Part shown: positions 1 through 13,078 of the stretch, in pieces | Position numbering within the stretch: the first letter of the stretch is position 1 | Layout of the letters: every line of letters starts with the position of its first letter | Assembly: GCF_009914755.1 (NCBI RefSeq) | Contig: NC_060928.1 | Strand: one strand, 5' to 3' | Length of the DNA: 64,000 bases | Source of the DNA: the human T2T-CHM13v2.0 reference genome, Homo sapiens | Position numbers and translations under genes: made by a program | The notes under the pieces: generated by a model | Told to the model about the DNA's origin: nothing | Database searches by the model: none | What the model saw: only the letters and a program-made list of their open reading frames with translations

Positions 1-192
1 GAGCATGCAACCTAGATCCCTCACTGCACAGTTCACAGTAGGGCTCACACTCCTATGAGAATCTAATGCTACTGATGATCTGACAGGAGGCAGAGCACAA
101 GCAGCAATGCTTGCTTGCCTGCCACTTACCTCCTGCTGTGTGGCCCGGTTCCTAAAAGGCCAAAGACCAGTCCCCATGGTTGGGGACCCCTG
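1..192 (+). mobile_element. MER1A-like hAT-Charlie DNA transposon, 3' part (truncated by window start)
   Basis: Matches recalled MER1 consensus (caacctagatccctc...gagaatctaatgc...gatctgacaggagg); ends in the TIR ggttggggacccctg. Confidence 0.85.
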
Positions 193-1131
193 ATGTGCAG
201 TACATAGTACTTGATAATAATAATAAATGATCACGTTACTGTTTATGCTTTTACTATACTACATATTTTATTGCTATTTTAAAGTATACTCCCCCACTTA
301 TTAACAAAGGATAAATACAACCACCTCATCCAGGTCTTTCATGAGATGTTCCAGAAGAGTCATATTATTATAAGAGGTGGCAGCCCCATGTGTATCATTA
401 CGCTGAAGACATTCCAGTGGGACAGACAAGATGTGGAGGTGAAAGACAGTGATAGTGATGATCCTGATCTTGTATAAGCCTAGGCTAATGTGTGTGTTTC
501 TGTATTTTTTTTAAGTTTAAAATGTTAAAAAGAGTTTAAAATAGAAAAAGACATAGAACTGAATAAAAAAGAAGAAAATATTACATATTTGGAGAGCTGT
601 ACAATGTTTTAAGCTATGTGTTTTAAAAGAGTCAAAAAGTTTTTAAGAATTAAAAAATTTAAAAGTAAAAATTACAGTAAGCTAATTTATTATAATTTTT
701 TTATAAATTTAATTTAGCCTAAGTGTACAGTGTTTTTAAAGTCTATAGTAGTGTACAGCAATGTCCTAGGCCCTCACATTCTCTTACCACTCACTCACTG
801 ACTCACTTACTCCTGCAAGTTCCATTTATGATAAGTACACTACCCAGGTGTACCATTTTTTCTGTTTTATACTGTTTTTTTTCTGTATATTTTCTATGTT
901 TAGACACACAAATATATACCATTGTGTTACAGCTACCTACAGTATTCAGTACAGTAAAATGCTATGCAGGTTTATATATTAATACTAGGAACAATAGACT
1001 ATGCCACATGACCTAGGTGTTTAGTGCACTATAACATATAAATTTGTGTACGTATACACTATGATATTTGACAAAATCCCCTAAGACACATTTCTTGGAA
1101 CATATCCCCTTCATTAAGAAATGCATAACTG
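193..1131 (+). mobile_element. Tigger3b-like TcMar DNA transposon
   Basis: Long similarity to Tigger3 (ttccagtgggac...aagatgtggaggt, cctaggctaatgtgtgtgt, ccactcactcactgactcac); degenerate terminal TIR taagaaatgcataactg. Confidence 0.85.
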
Positions 1132-2199
1132 CATATTTCTCTTTCTGTTTTTTCTATATCATTTTTTATCCTCCTAATTATTCCTTTTTTTGTTTAGGTT
1201 TTATAGCTAATATTTAATCAATTTTATAGAATTAAAGAGAGCCACAGAAATTTACCCACGTTTAAAGGAAAAAAAAATCTTCTGTTTTTTCCTTTAAATA
1301 AAAATTTTGTCTTAACCCCAACTTGATATTAATTACCACTTCTAACAGAAAAAAAACCATCTGAAGGTCACTTAGTAGAGACCCTGTCAAACTGTAGATT
1401 ATTGCTCAGAGGAAAACATTGGGAATTTGGCCTCCGTAGACATGAGATTTTTAAAAATCATTACATAATTAACACATTAATCTGTATGGCAATTTTTTTT
1501 AGCTCTAAATGTTGTATAAAATGTAATTTTAAAGACTGAAAGGATCTTACCATTCACCTAAGGCACTTAAATCTCAGAGAGATGGAGTGACTTTTGAAGA
1601 CACATAGCTTCCCAAATCCAGAGATTCAGCACTAAGAGCCAAGACTTCTGAATCAAAGGCCAGAGCCCTTATGTCATTTGTAAACAGTTTGCTATGTGTC
1701 TCAGCTTTAATGCTGTCTCTACCTTGATTTTTGAAAACTAACACTAGAAGGGGAAAAATTAAAAATAATAAAAAATTAGACTTTAAAAAATATTGTTATT
1801 GTGACACATTTTATCACTTATTAGAGAAATAGCTCATAGACTCTTTCTTAATTATGTGCTGAAAAAGAGAATGCTATATATTATAAATTATTTGAGCTTG
1901 TGTCTTCCCAGAGGCATGGCTTTAAACTGTAGAGTATAAGGTTAATGGTAGAGCTTGAGATTTTCTGATCTATCTATGTTCCTCTGAAATATTTAGGGAA
2001 TGAATTATTTTTAACCTATCTTTTACCCTGAGTGATGGATGGTTCTCAGCAAATTTGCCATGTGTTGATAATGATTCACAGCAATTAGGGGAAAACAAGT
2101 TTCTGCTTGCTCGTGCATGTTCTCTGGTTATGGTGAGCATGTTCAACATTAGCCATATTTTTTAAAATTTATCTTGCTCATATTTTTCTTTTTAAACCT

Positions 2200-4054
2200 A
2201 AATGTGATGGTTTTTAAGTTAAAAAGTAAATCATAGTAATTGTATAAAAAAAGAAAATATAACTTAGTAAAAAGAAGAAAATAATACTCACTAATCAGAG
2301 TTGAACAATATTAAAATATTAGAGTTCATTTATCAGAAATTTTTCTACTCACAAATATTATTCATTTTTACAAATATAAGTGCTTACTAGACATCCCATT
2401 GTATCCTGATTTTTTGCTTTAAGATACATAAGGAACATCCCTCCAAGTATGAATATTCTTCCATTTATGCTAATATAATTTTATCTTTTTAATGAATTGA
2501 CAATTTTACCATTATGTAATATTCTTCTTTATCAATGTCAATATTCTTTGTTCTAAATTTTATCTGGTAACAGTATAGCCTCTCCATCTTTCTTTATTAT
2601 ACATAGTATATCTTTTCTCATAATTTTACTTCTAACCTGTATCTTCATATTTTAAGTTAGTTTCTTCTAGGCAGTAAATATTAGGGTATTTGATTTTTAC
2701 CTAAATTGACATCAAATATGGTGTAATTGAAATATTTAGACCATTTATATTTAATGTAATAATTGATATGAATGTATTCAAATATCTCACCTGAAATTTG
2801 CATTTAATTTGTTCTATTCACTCATTTTCCTGATTTCGTGACCAGTTTTAATTATTTTAGTAAATTTGTATTTCATTTTGTCTCTCATATTTATTATCTA
2901 TATTTTACATTATTTTACACCATGCCTTAAAGTTTACAGTATATATTTAACTTATCATAGTGTACCTTAATATAATCTTTTAGTACTTTTGTATAGATTG
3001 AGAAGTTTAGAAAAGTGTATTACCATTGCCTCAATCTCATCTTTTTTGGTATTATTTTTATACATTTTATTTGTGCCTATGCTATAAACTTTAAAATACT
3101 TTGATTTTTAAGGTAATAAATTATATGTTAAAGAGAGTAAGCATAATTTTAAAATTATTTTATATTAATATATACCTTTACAATTTTTAGTGCTCTTCAT
3201 TTTTTGGGTAGATCTAAATTGCCATATAATATCATTTCTTTCTGCCAGAAATCCCTTCTTTAAAATTTCCTCAATGATCATGCACAGTAGCTCATGCCTG
3301 TAATCAAAGCCCATTGGGAAACTAAGACAGGAGGATTACTCAAAGCTAGGTATTTGAGACCAGCCTGAGCAACATGGCAAGACAGAGTCTCTACTAAATA
3401 CATAAGTAAATGAATGAATAAATAAATAAATAAATTTCTACATTTTCTTGAATGCAATTGTGCCACAATAGATTAACTCAGTACTATTTTGTCTTCATTT
3501 TAAAAATTATTTTAATTGATATTGATATGCATGTTGAATTATTTTTATCCAATATTTTAAAACAAGACTCACCATTATCTTCTGTCTTGCATAGTTCCTG
3601 AAGAGATATTTTCTATAGTTCATTATTTTCTTCTCCCTATTTAAGGATTATTCTTTTTTTTTTGGCTTTATACAAAAATGTATCTTTATTTTTGGTTTTC
3701 AGCACTGTAACTATGATATACCTAAGCATCTATTTATATCTGTGCTTCTTGGATTTCTCTGAAATTCCAAGAATTTGTTTGTTGCCTCTCATTAATTGTG
3801 GAAATATGGTTATTGTATTTTAAATTATTTATTATGTCTCATTTTTACACTCTTCTCTTTTTCAGACTGCAATTGCTATATATTAAAGCATGTGATAAAA
3901 TCCCACATTTCATGGATGCTCTGTTTTGCTTTTTTACTCTAATTTTCTTTGTCTTTAGGATTAGATAATTTTAATTCGCCTCTCTTCATGTTCACTGATT
4001 TTTTGATCCTTTGGCGTGTTCATTCTTTTTAGATGTCAATTGAATAAATTCTTT
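2200..4054 (-). mobile_element. Ancient L1M fragments (3' piece plus ORF2-start/spacer/ORF1 region), interrupted by a FLAM
   Basis: Reverse-strand L1 endonuclease-start signatures (tttaccattatgtaat, tttagaccatttatatttaatgtaataattgatatg); T-rich and highly diverged. Confidence 0.65.
3276..3434 (+). mobile_element. FLAM (free left Alu monomer)
   Basis: ctcatgcctgtaatc...gagaccagcctgagcaacatgg, followed by a (TAAA)n tail. Confidence 0.85.
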
Positions 4055-4364
4055 TTTCCCCCTTGCTCAAAGGAAATATCTAATTAGGTGTATGAGAAGC
4101 CAGGACTGTTAAGAGTTCCGGATGGATCCATGCTGGGAGGCTGGAAGTGGGCTTAGAGCCTACAGGTTGTTCCAGGGAAGGAGTTTCTACCCTCTCAGGT
4201 GAACTGGAGGGCTGAAGAAGATAGTGAGTTCATAAAGAGCATATTTAGTATCTAATAACTTAAACTTGTTTTTGTCATTTACGTAGTTTTTTTTTATTTG
4301 AATTGCTCTGTCCTAATACAGTTTGAAAGGATTTATTATTTTTGTGTGTTTGTGTAATTTTTCA

Positions 4365-5112
4365 CTTTTTTTAATTATTATTATACTTTAAGTTCTGGAA
4401 TACACGTACAAAATGTGCAGATTTGTTACATAGGTATACACGTGACATGGTGGTTTGCTGCACCCATCAACCCATCATCTAGATTAGGTATTTCTCCTAA
4501 TGCTATCCCTCCCCTAGCCCCCCACATCCTGACAGGCCCCGGTGTGTGATGTTCCCCTCTCTGTGTCCATGTGATCTCATTGTTCAGCTCCCACTTACGA
4601 GTGAGAACATGCAGTGTTTGGTTTTCTGTTCTTGTGTTACTTTGCGGAGAGTGATGGTTTCCAGCTTCATCTATGTCCCTGCAAAGGACATGAACTCAAC
4701 CTTTTTTATGGCTGCATATTATTCCATGGTGAACATTTGCCACATTTTCTTAATCCAATCTATCATTGATGGGCATTTGGATTGGTTCAAAGTCTTTGCT
4801 ATTGTGAACAGTGCTGCAATAAACATTCGTGTGCAGATGTCTTTATAGTGGAAAGATTTATAATCCTTTGTGTATATACCCAGTAATGGGATTGCTGAGT
4901 GAAATGGTATTTCTGGTTCCAGATCCTTGAGGAATTGCCACACTGTCTTTAACAATGGTTGAACTATTTTACACTCCCACCAACAGTGTAAAAGTGTTCT
5001 TATCTCTCTACATCCTCTCCAGCATCTGTTGTTTCCTGACTTTTTAATGATAGGCATTGTAACTGGTGTGAGATGGTATCTCATTGTGGTTTTGATTTGT
5101 GTTTCTCTAATG
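4365..5112 (-). mobile_element. L1PA7-like 3' end (non-inverted part of a twin-primed insertion)
   Basis: T-rich tail then ttatactttaagttctgg... 3' UTR; ORF 4719..5084 is the ORF2 C-terminus ([14 protein letters not shown]). Confidence 0.92.
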
Positions 5113-5470
5113 AAAAAACCCTAAAAGAAAACCTAGGCAATACAATTCTGCAAATAGGCAGGGGCAAAGACTTCATGACTGAAATACCACAAGCAATGGC
5201 AACAAAAGCCAAAATTGACAAATGTGATCTAATCAAACTAAAGAGCTTCTGCACAGCAGAAGAAACTATCGTCAGAGTGAACAGGCGACCTATGGAATGG
5301 GAGAAAAATTATGCAATCTATCCATCTAACAAAGGGCTAATATCCAGAATCTACAAGGAACTTAAATAAATGTACAAGAAAAAAACAAACAACTCCATCA
5401 AAAAGTGGGCGAATGATATGAACAAACATTTCTCAAAAGAAGACTTTTATGTGGCCAATAAACATATGAA
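5113..5470 (+). mobile_element. L1PA ORF2 segment, inverted relative to the adjacent 3' end
   Basis: ORF 5073..5369 gives KENLGNTI...[12 protein letters not shown]...[10 protein letters not shown], the ORF2 segment lying just upstream of the minus-strand piece. Confidence 0.92.
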
Positions 5471-5967
5471 GAAATTCTTTATCTCTGATTACATTACAAC
5501 TTAACTTGCTCTGTAATACTACCAGATAGTTTTGTTCATAAGACAAAATAAGGCAAATTATTAACATGTATAAACACTAGAAAAATATAGTATTCATCAC
5601 ATTTAAGTTTGTTCCAGTTTTTTAGTTTTTTTAAATAAAAAGTATCTGCTCTGTAAAAGTTTTATGTTTTTTGCCTCCTTAGATGAAAAAGTACAATTGT
5701 GTGTTAATAAAGCAAGACTTCCAAACATTTAAGCAATGGTCACTTCTTAATTAGAGCAAAAAATCTTACATATTTTGTTTCATTTTTAATAAAATATTAT
5801 AAATTATAAAGTAAAAACAAATGTACATCTCATTTGAAAATTATGTTTTAAAAAAGTCACTTTTATATGTATATGAAGAAATATAAAATATTGCAAAGCA
5901 GTATAATACAGGATACTTATTTTACTTTATATTTATACATATGCCCATTGAAAATTTAGCGATTTCA

Positions 5968-6721
<754 letters not shown>

Positions 6722-7184
6722 CTAAATGTGTATTTATTTTAACCAAGTCTAGAAAAGTCTAGAAAAAACAATGAATAAGGAACTATTCCCCTAATCATCA
6801 GTCCAGTGATGTCATCACACATGACATATTTTCTAGGAAAACTTTACTCATAGAAGGATGATAGTAAAGTAAAAAGACAAACCATACCTTAATTTCTTAC
6901 AACTTTTTTAACCTTGCAGACCTCATGAAATAGTCTTGGTGATTCTCAGCTGTCTATAGATGACACTTTGATAACCACTACCTTAATGCTTCATTTTTGC
7001 CTCTTTAAAACTTTACACTTTTTTAAATTCAATTTCTGGTTATGATTTTTGATATCAAATTTTCTCAGATAAAATAACTGACAAAATTCTGCCTGATTCA
7101 CACCAATTTAGTGATTGCCTCAGAAGAGCACTAGGAAGGGTGGGGTTTTTTATGTCATACTTTCTCAAAATGAAAGCATTGCCT

Positions 7185-7552
<368 letters not shown>

Positions 7553-7864
7553 TCATGCAGAGCTACCCTGCACTTGCGTCTCAAAGGTTTAATCCCCAAA
7601 TTTCCCATAAGTAAGATTTTACCACAGAGCACAAGATTGTTTCAAAATGGCAAAACTTATTCTACAAACAATGAGATCTGGGGCCAGTGACAGGCTCATT
7701 AGCTCAACTCTATAACTTCTTTTAATTTATCTTATTTCTATAAACCTGAGTTTATTAGTTTGTGAATGGGAATAATAATACAGTCTCTCAGCCATACTGA
7801 TATTTTGAGCTAAATGTGCTAATATATTTGAAACTGTTTCATAATTTTTAAAACTTTACAATGC

Positions 7865-7950
7865 TATTATGTTTAGTTATTATATTATGTTTAGTTATTA
7901 TGTTTAGTTATTATGATATTATGGTTAGTTATTATGTTTAGTTATGATAT
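7865..7950. repeat. Imperfect 13 bp tandem repeat (ttattatgtttag)n
   Basis: About 5-6 units read directly, at the 3' end of a MIR-like fragment. Confidence 0.85.
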
Positions 7951-8379
7951 TTGTACAATTTTAATCTTAATACATTAATCAATAAAAAGAAGTAAAAATA
8001 TTCATTAAAAGTTGATTAAAGCTTTTATTCAAAGATGTCATAAATGAATGAAATAGTTGCTTGTTTAAAATTAAATCTTTACTTTTTTATGTTATATAAG
8101 CACAACTTCTCAAGGAAGAGGCGCACATTAACTCAGTAAACACTTCTTATGCACCGCCTGAAAGCCTATCACACATTTTTCTTAATTTGACTACTGTGCA
8201 TATTGCATTGAGAGCCTTTTTAAAGATATGGGATAAAATGAAATATTTTACCTTTAGCTATGTGAGCTTTTTATATACTAACTTTAAGAGATAATTTCTG
8301 TGAAAAACAATTTTTTTTAAAGCAGCATATGTAACAAATGTGAATAAATTAGTTCACCCTTAGAAACAATGAAAATTGC

Positions 8380-8610
8380 TAACATTACATTCTTACTACA
8401 TGGACAGCATTGTGCTGAAAATTTGAACATGTATTGTCACCATTATTCCTCAGACAACATAACACTATAAATACCATGATAATTCTCATCTTATGCATAA
8501 GGCAATTCAGTCTCAAAAAAATTATTTTTTCCAAAATCAGACAGCTAGTTGGCTAGAATCTGTGAAAACATGTATATGACTTCAGGAGCCATATAATTTC
8601 ATAACCCACA
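8380..8610 (-). mobile_element. MIR SINE
   Basis: Degenerate core (ctcatcttatgcataaggcaatt...ccaaaatcagacagctagt). Confidence 0.65.
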
Positions 8611-8699
8611 CTCAGCAATACATTGCTTCTAATTAATAATAATAATAGCAATATTACTATCTGTGAGAATATACAATCTTTGGAATTATTTGCATTACA

Positions 8700-9423
8700 T
8701 CATAGGTTAATGAAAACATTAATGGGGACCTTCAACTTACTGAATGCACATCATTGTTAGGTCCCTTTTTCCATGATTTGGAGTAAAGGAGACAATAATT
8801 AGAAGTTTGTCCCTCATAATAAGCTCTATTGAAGATCCTACTGCAAAGGCAATGGTTGCACAACAGACTTCTTTAAATTTCCTTGCTAAAGTTGTACTAG
8901 ATCATAAAATTGCTCTAGATTACCTACTGGCTGAGTAGGGAAGAATCTGTGCAATTACTGACACTTCTTGTTGCACATGGAAGAATACACTGGGTATTAC
9001 AGAGTTTCAATTTCAGGAGATTATCAAACAGGCTGCTTGGTTAAAACAAGTAAACTCTTCCTCTGGATTATTCTTTGATCTATTTAATTTTAGTTGATTT
9101 GCTTCATGGGGACCTTGGCTAAGGAGTGTATTCTAAACTCTTGGTATTATCCTCCTGAGAGTCATAATAATAGTCTCCCACGTGGGCTTTATTGTCTCAA
9201 AAGTTTTAAACATTTCCATGCAGCCATCCATAGAATGTCAAATGGTCTCTCCTTAACTGGAATGGCAAAAACTCAAGAAATTTGTGATAATTAGGACACT
9301 GTAACCTATGAATGACATGCTGAAACTGGAAACCCAAAATGATGGTAACTGAGTGTAGTGCTAAAGCTCTAAGTTTTAGTCACACTCTTACCTAGGTGAC
9401 AACCTGACCAAAAGAGGGGAATT
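8700..9423 (+). pseudogene. env: ERV1 (gamma-like, MER31/MER67-group internal) env TM remnant plus 3' UTR and polypurine tract
   Basis: Manual translation from 8777: FGVKETIIRSLSLIISSIEDPTAKAMVAQQTSLNFLAKVVLDHKIALDYLLAE*GRICAITDTSCCTW... shows an immunosuppressive-domain-like motif, CX6CC (8948-8974) and a hydrophobic anchor (LGIILLRVIIIV); PPT aaaagagggga near 9410-9420. Confidence 0.9.
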
Positions 9424-10467
9424 AATCAAAATTATGGAAGGCTGTTGTCTTTGACTGAGTGTGTGCACCAATCCTCAGCAGACCAGACCAAGCCAAAATG
9501 GAGTCAATCATGCTACATGCCATGCAACCAAACTGAGACTTTAAAGAACCAGATAGATCCCAAGACAGACCAGTTTTTGTTTTTGTTTCTTCTGTCTGAA
9601 AACAGGAGATTCCAGCATAATAAGGAAGTGCCCTCTGCTTTCATCTTTGATGTCAATGTTTAAGGTTTTGGTCAAATTGAGAGGTTGAGTCTTGACCAAT
9701 CACTGAAGGTCAACTCTTCAAATAAAGCAAACACAGAGCTGTAACAAATCCAGCTGTTTCTGGGTGAACTCAGGTCAGTTTTTTGTACATCGCTTTCCCT
9801 TTTTTGTTCATAAATATTGTGAGACAAAGTAGCAAATATAAGACACCATGTTTCCTCATTTCTGCTTGCTAGCATAATTTCACAAAGCCCCTGACTCTGT
9901 GACCACGTGCAGCTTTCCTGAAAGATGTTTGAAGACAGAACAGGATAGAATACATGGTCCCCATAGCTCTTGCCTGAGTCACTACATTTCTTAAAGGATA
10001 AGTGACTCTAGTGTTTGCCTTTTCTTGCACATAAGATAACTTCTGATGAGGTTAGTGATTATGCCTCTGTAGTCTAAAACCAGATGTATTCTTACATGGA
10101 AATCTTGATGTAATTCTGCTTTAACATAACTTTTGAGAAAATTTCATGTCATTTTGCATGTTCTGAACTTCTACCACCTGTATATAAGCTGTGAGCTGAA
10201 ACACTGTTTTGCAGCAGTATTACTAAACTGCTCCCCTGCTATAAGCCTCAGTTTATAGTCCTCCGTAAGACTTCTAAATGAAACTAACTTTAATGCTTTA
10301 AAAGTTTGATTTTTTTTTTTTTTAGTTGACAATATTAACCCACCATGTGTCAGCCCCTGAATCACTCTGAACCTATTGTGGTTCGGGGGCTGCCAGATTC
10401 TCGAATCGTTTTTTGCTCAGTTAAACTCTTGTTAAATTTAATTTTTCCAGAGTATGTCTTTCAGACA
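9424..10467 (+). mobile_element. ERV1 3' LTR region: MER67/MER31-like 5' part joined to a MER57-like 3' part, interrupted by another LTR
   Basis: gaccagaccaagccaaaatggagtca (MER31/67-like); gagctgtaacaaatccagctgtttc and gggggctgccagattctcgaatcg...ttaaactct (MER57-like); ends in ca. Confidence 0.65.
9818..10331 (+). mobile_element. ERV1 solo LTR (subfamily not assigned) nested in the preceding LTR
   Basis: TGT...ACA termini, TATA-like tatataag at ~10181, 4 bp TSD ATAT (9814-9817, 10332-10335). Confidence 0.85.
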
Positions 10468-10610
10468 ATTGAATGGTTTCAAGATACTTGTTATTGCTAA
10501 GAAAAAGAGGACTTAACACTTCTTACTTTATCTCAATTGAAACATGAATCTGTTCCCTCTATGAATCAGCAGTCATTCTTTACTCTTCAGAGAATTTGAA
10601 TTAACCTGGC

Positions 10611-10779
10611 TGATAAGGTTTGGCTGTGTCCCCACTCAAATCTCATCTCTAAGTGTAATCCCCACATGTTGAGGGAGGGAGGTAACTGGATCATGAGGGT
10701 GGTTTCCCCCATGCTGTTCTCATAATAGTGAGTGAGTTCTCACAAGACCTTATGGTTTTATAAAGAGCTCTTCCCCCTT

Positions 10780-10812
<33 letters not shown>

Positions 10813-11000
10813 GTCTCCCTCTCTCTCTCTCATCTACCGCCATGTAAGACATGCCAGCTTTCTCTTCTGCCATGATTGTAAATTTCCTGAGGCCTCCCAG
10901 CTATGTGGAACTGTGAGTCAATTAAACCACTTTTTTTAAAATAAATTACCCAGTCTTGGGTATTTCTTTATAGCAGTGTGAGAATGCACTAATTAATACA
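10611..11000 (+). mobile_element. THE1 (THE1C/D-like) MaLR solo LTR with internal (CT)n
   Basis: tgataaggtttggctgtgtcccca...ctgtgagtcaattaaacc...aataca; perfect 5 bp TSD ctggc. Confidence 0.93.
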
Positions 11001-11385
11001 CTGGCACAAGCAAAAAGAGAATTGTTTTTGCTCTTTTAACTGAGAAGTCCAGAAGTTGGGCTGCCTTCAGGCATAGCTTGATGTACAGGCATAAATGATA
11101 TGCTTAGCATCTGTTTTCCTCCCACGTACTGGCTCATCTTGACTCTTCTTTAGTCTTTGGTGCTCCCCTATGACAGGCTGAAAAAATCTAGCTGCAGGAT
11201 GTCAAGACTTTACATTCTCTTAGCTTTGATTCCCTATGAAAGGACAATATTCTCTTCAGCAGGATTCCCAGGAAAATCTGATTGTTTATTATTGGTTTAA
11301 ATTTAATACCAATCCTAAACACAAACTTCTGAGAGAAGAATATGAGTTACCAATGGGCTTAGGGCCAGGTCACATGATCCACTCC

Positions 11386-11755
11386 TGTCTTGGGTTAGGT
11401 TACCCAGAAATAGATATTGAGAAAAATGGTCACTGTGTAAGTGATTAAGGCACAAACCAGACAGGAGGACAGAAAAGAAGAAACCAAGTAAGGGTATGAT
11501 TTCAGCTGAGTGCAGAAAAAGATGTTTCCAACCTTTTCCTACAGAGAAATCTGCGGTGTAATTTTTTCTTACACTTATAAATTACTGGCCATACATAAAC
11601 ATAAGCTCCAGACTTTTCGTGCATGAGAGCAAAGTGGCTCCAGGTTTCTGAGGTTTGGCCAGTGGAAGCAATTTCACATAGAAGCTGGGCAGGCAGCACA
11701 CAGAAAACTAAAAGGATCAAAGCATTTGGGCAGCTCACTAACGATGTTTGCTATA
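11386..11755 (-). mobile_element. ERVL LTR16-like solo LTR
   Basis: tgtcttgggttaggttacccagaaatagat at one end and gggcagctcactaacgatgtttgctata at the other resemble LTR16 termini. Confidence 0.55.
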
Positions 11756-11989
11756 AACGCTAACGGAAAGGGGTAGCTAGAGGTCTCACGCTAAGGAAAA
11801 CCAGGATGCATTCCACCAGAATATGAATAAAATGAGTGCTGTGTAGCACAAAACAAGAAATGTGCATTACATGCTTCAAATTACATTTTGGAAATCAATC
11901 AAAACACTTTTCAGTAAAATATTGCCTAATTGGTTAATAATAAAAATATTAGTTTTATATTTTAAATGGTAGTATTAGTGAATTAGCAG

Positions 11990-12215
11990 CTTTGTAGGGT
12001 AGAATGAGCATAAATTTTCAAAGAAAATTCTTAGTTCAGAATCTCATTTAGAGTGTACATTTGGACAAATTAATTAACCTTTCTAAGCCTCAATTTTCTT
12101 ATCTGCAAAGTGAGAGTTTAAATAAGACCTCCTTCACTAGTTGCAGTGAAGATCAAATGAGATAATGAATGCAAAAGAGGTTTTGTAACTGTAACAATGT
12201 TTGGAATGTTAATAG
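11990..12215 (+). mobile_element. MIR SINE
   Basis: Core ttggacaaattaattaacctttctaagcctcaattttcttatctgcaaagtg...gaagatcaaatgagataatg. Confidence 0.8.
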
Positions 12216-13078
12216 GTCCACCTTTCCTATTAGTATGTAAATATCTGATGGCCATGACCTTATCCTCCTCTACAATTCTCAGTGTTTAGCTTAATACTGA
12301 CACTTAATTTATACTCCTTGGAGATTTAATAAGGAAAAATATATTTGGCAGCCTAGAGCTTTGCTTTGGTAGCTGTATGTTCATAGATATGATTGTTTTA
12401 TACCAAAATTTCCATTTTAATAGAAATACATTTCAGAGTTTTTGAGGCTGTCCTATAGCCTTCGTAATGAGAAAGAACAAGGACTATGAGGAAATATGGC
12501 TTCATCTCCTGTTTTAGATTTTATGATTTTTTTGTTTTACTGAGCAGGAATTAACTAGACATAAACTATAAACATTCAAAGCAGTCACTTGCTGTCAGAG
12601 CTGTCTGATTTCTTCAGAAAATTCAGTTTGTTTTGTGTCTGGAAGTAAACTATCTACTAGTGTTTTTCACAACTAAAAGCATTATCAACGTTTTCTTGAG
12701 GAGAAGTGGGAGATATTGGGAAGAGAGGACAGAGAGAAACAGATAAAATTATAGATAAAAGATTCCAGGTATTACAGTGACTAATTGTCTAGACTTTAGA
12801 ACCAGACTATCATTATTTTAGCTCTGTGCTTCAATTTCCTCATCTGTGAAAGGGGATAATAATACGGCTTTTATAAATTGTGATAAAAAGAAATAGTTTT
12901 AATGCATATAAAGCATTTTATCAATGCATACATTTTGTTTGACCCTAGTATATTTATTGTTAGCCTAATTACCAATGAACAAAATACACTCAACACGTTG
13001 TAGAGTATCCGTGAGCATTAACTACAGAATATACTAATATCTGTAAGGAAAAAGACAAACTGAAAGGAAAATGTCATC

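Larger units (their letters stand above)
10570..11871 (-). mobile_element. Old MLT1 (MLT1K/J-like) LTR split by THE1 and an LTR16-like element
   Basis: taactgagaagtccaga...cttcaggcatagcttg and terminal gaaaaccaggatgc...tgtgcattaca. Confidence 0.6.

Noticed and set aside
7865-7950. CRISPR-like array
   Set aside because: Simple tandem repeat with no unique spacers, in human DNA.
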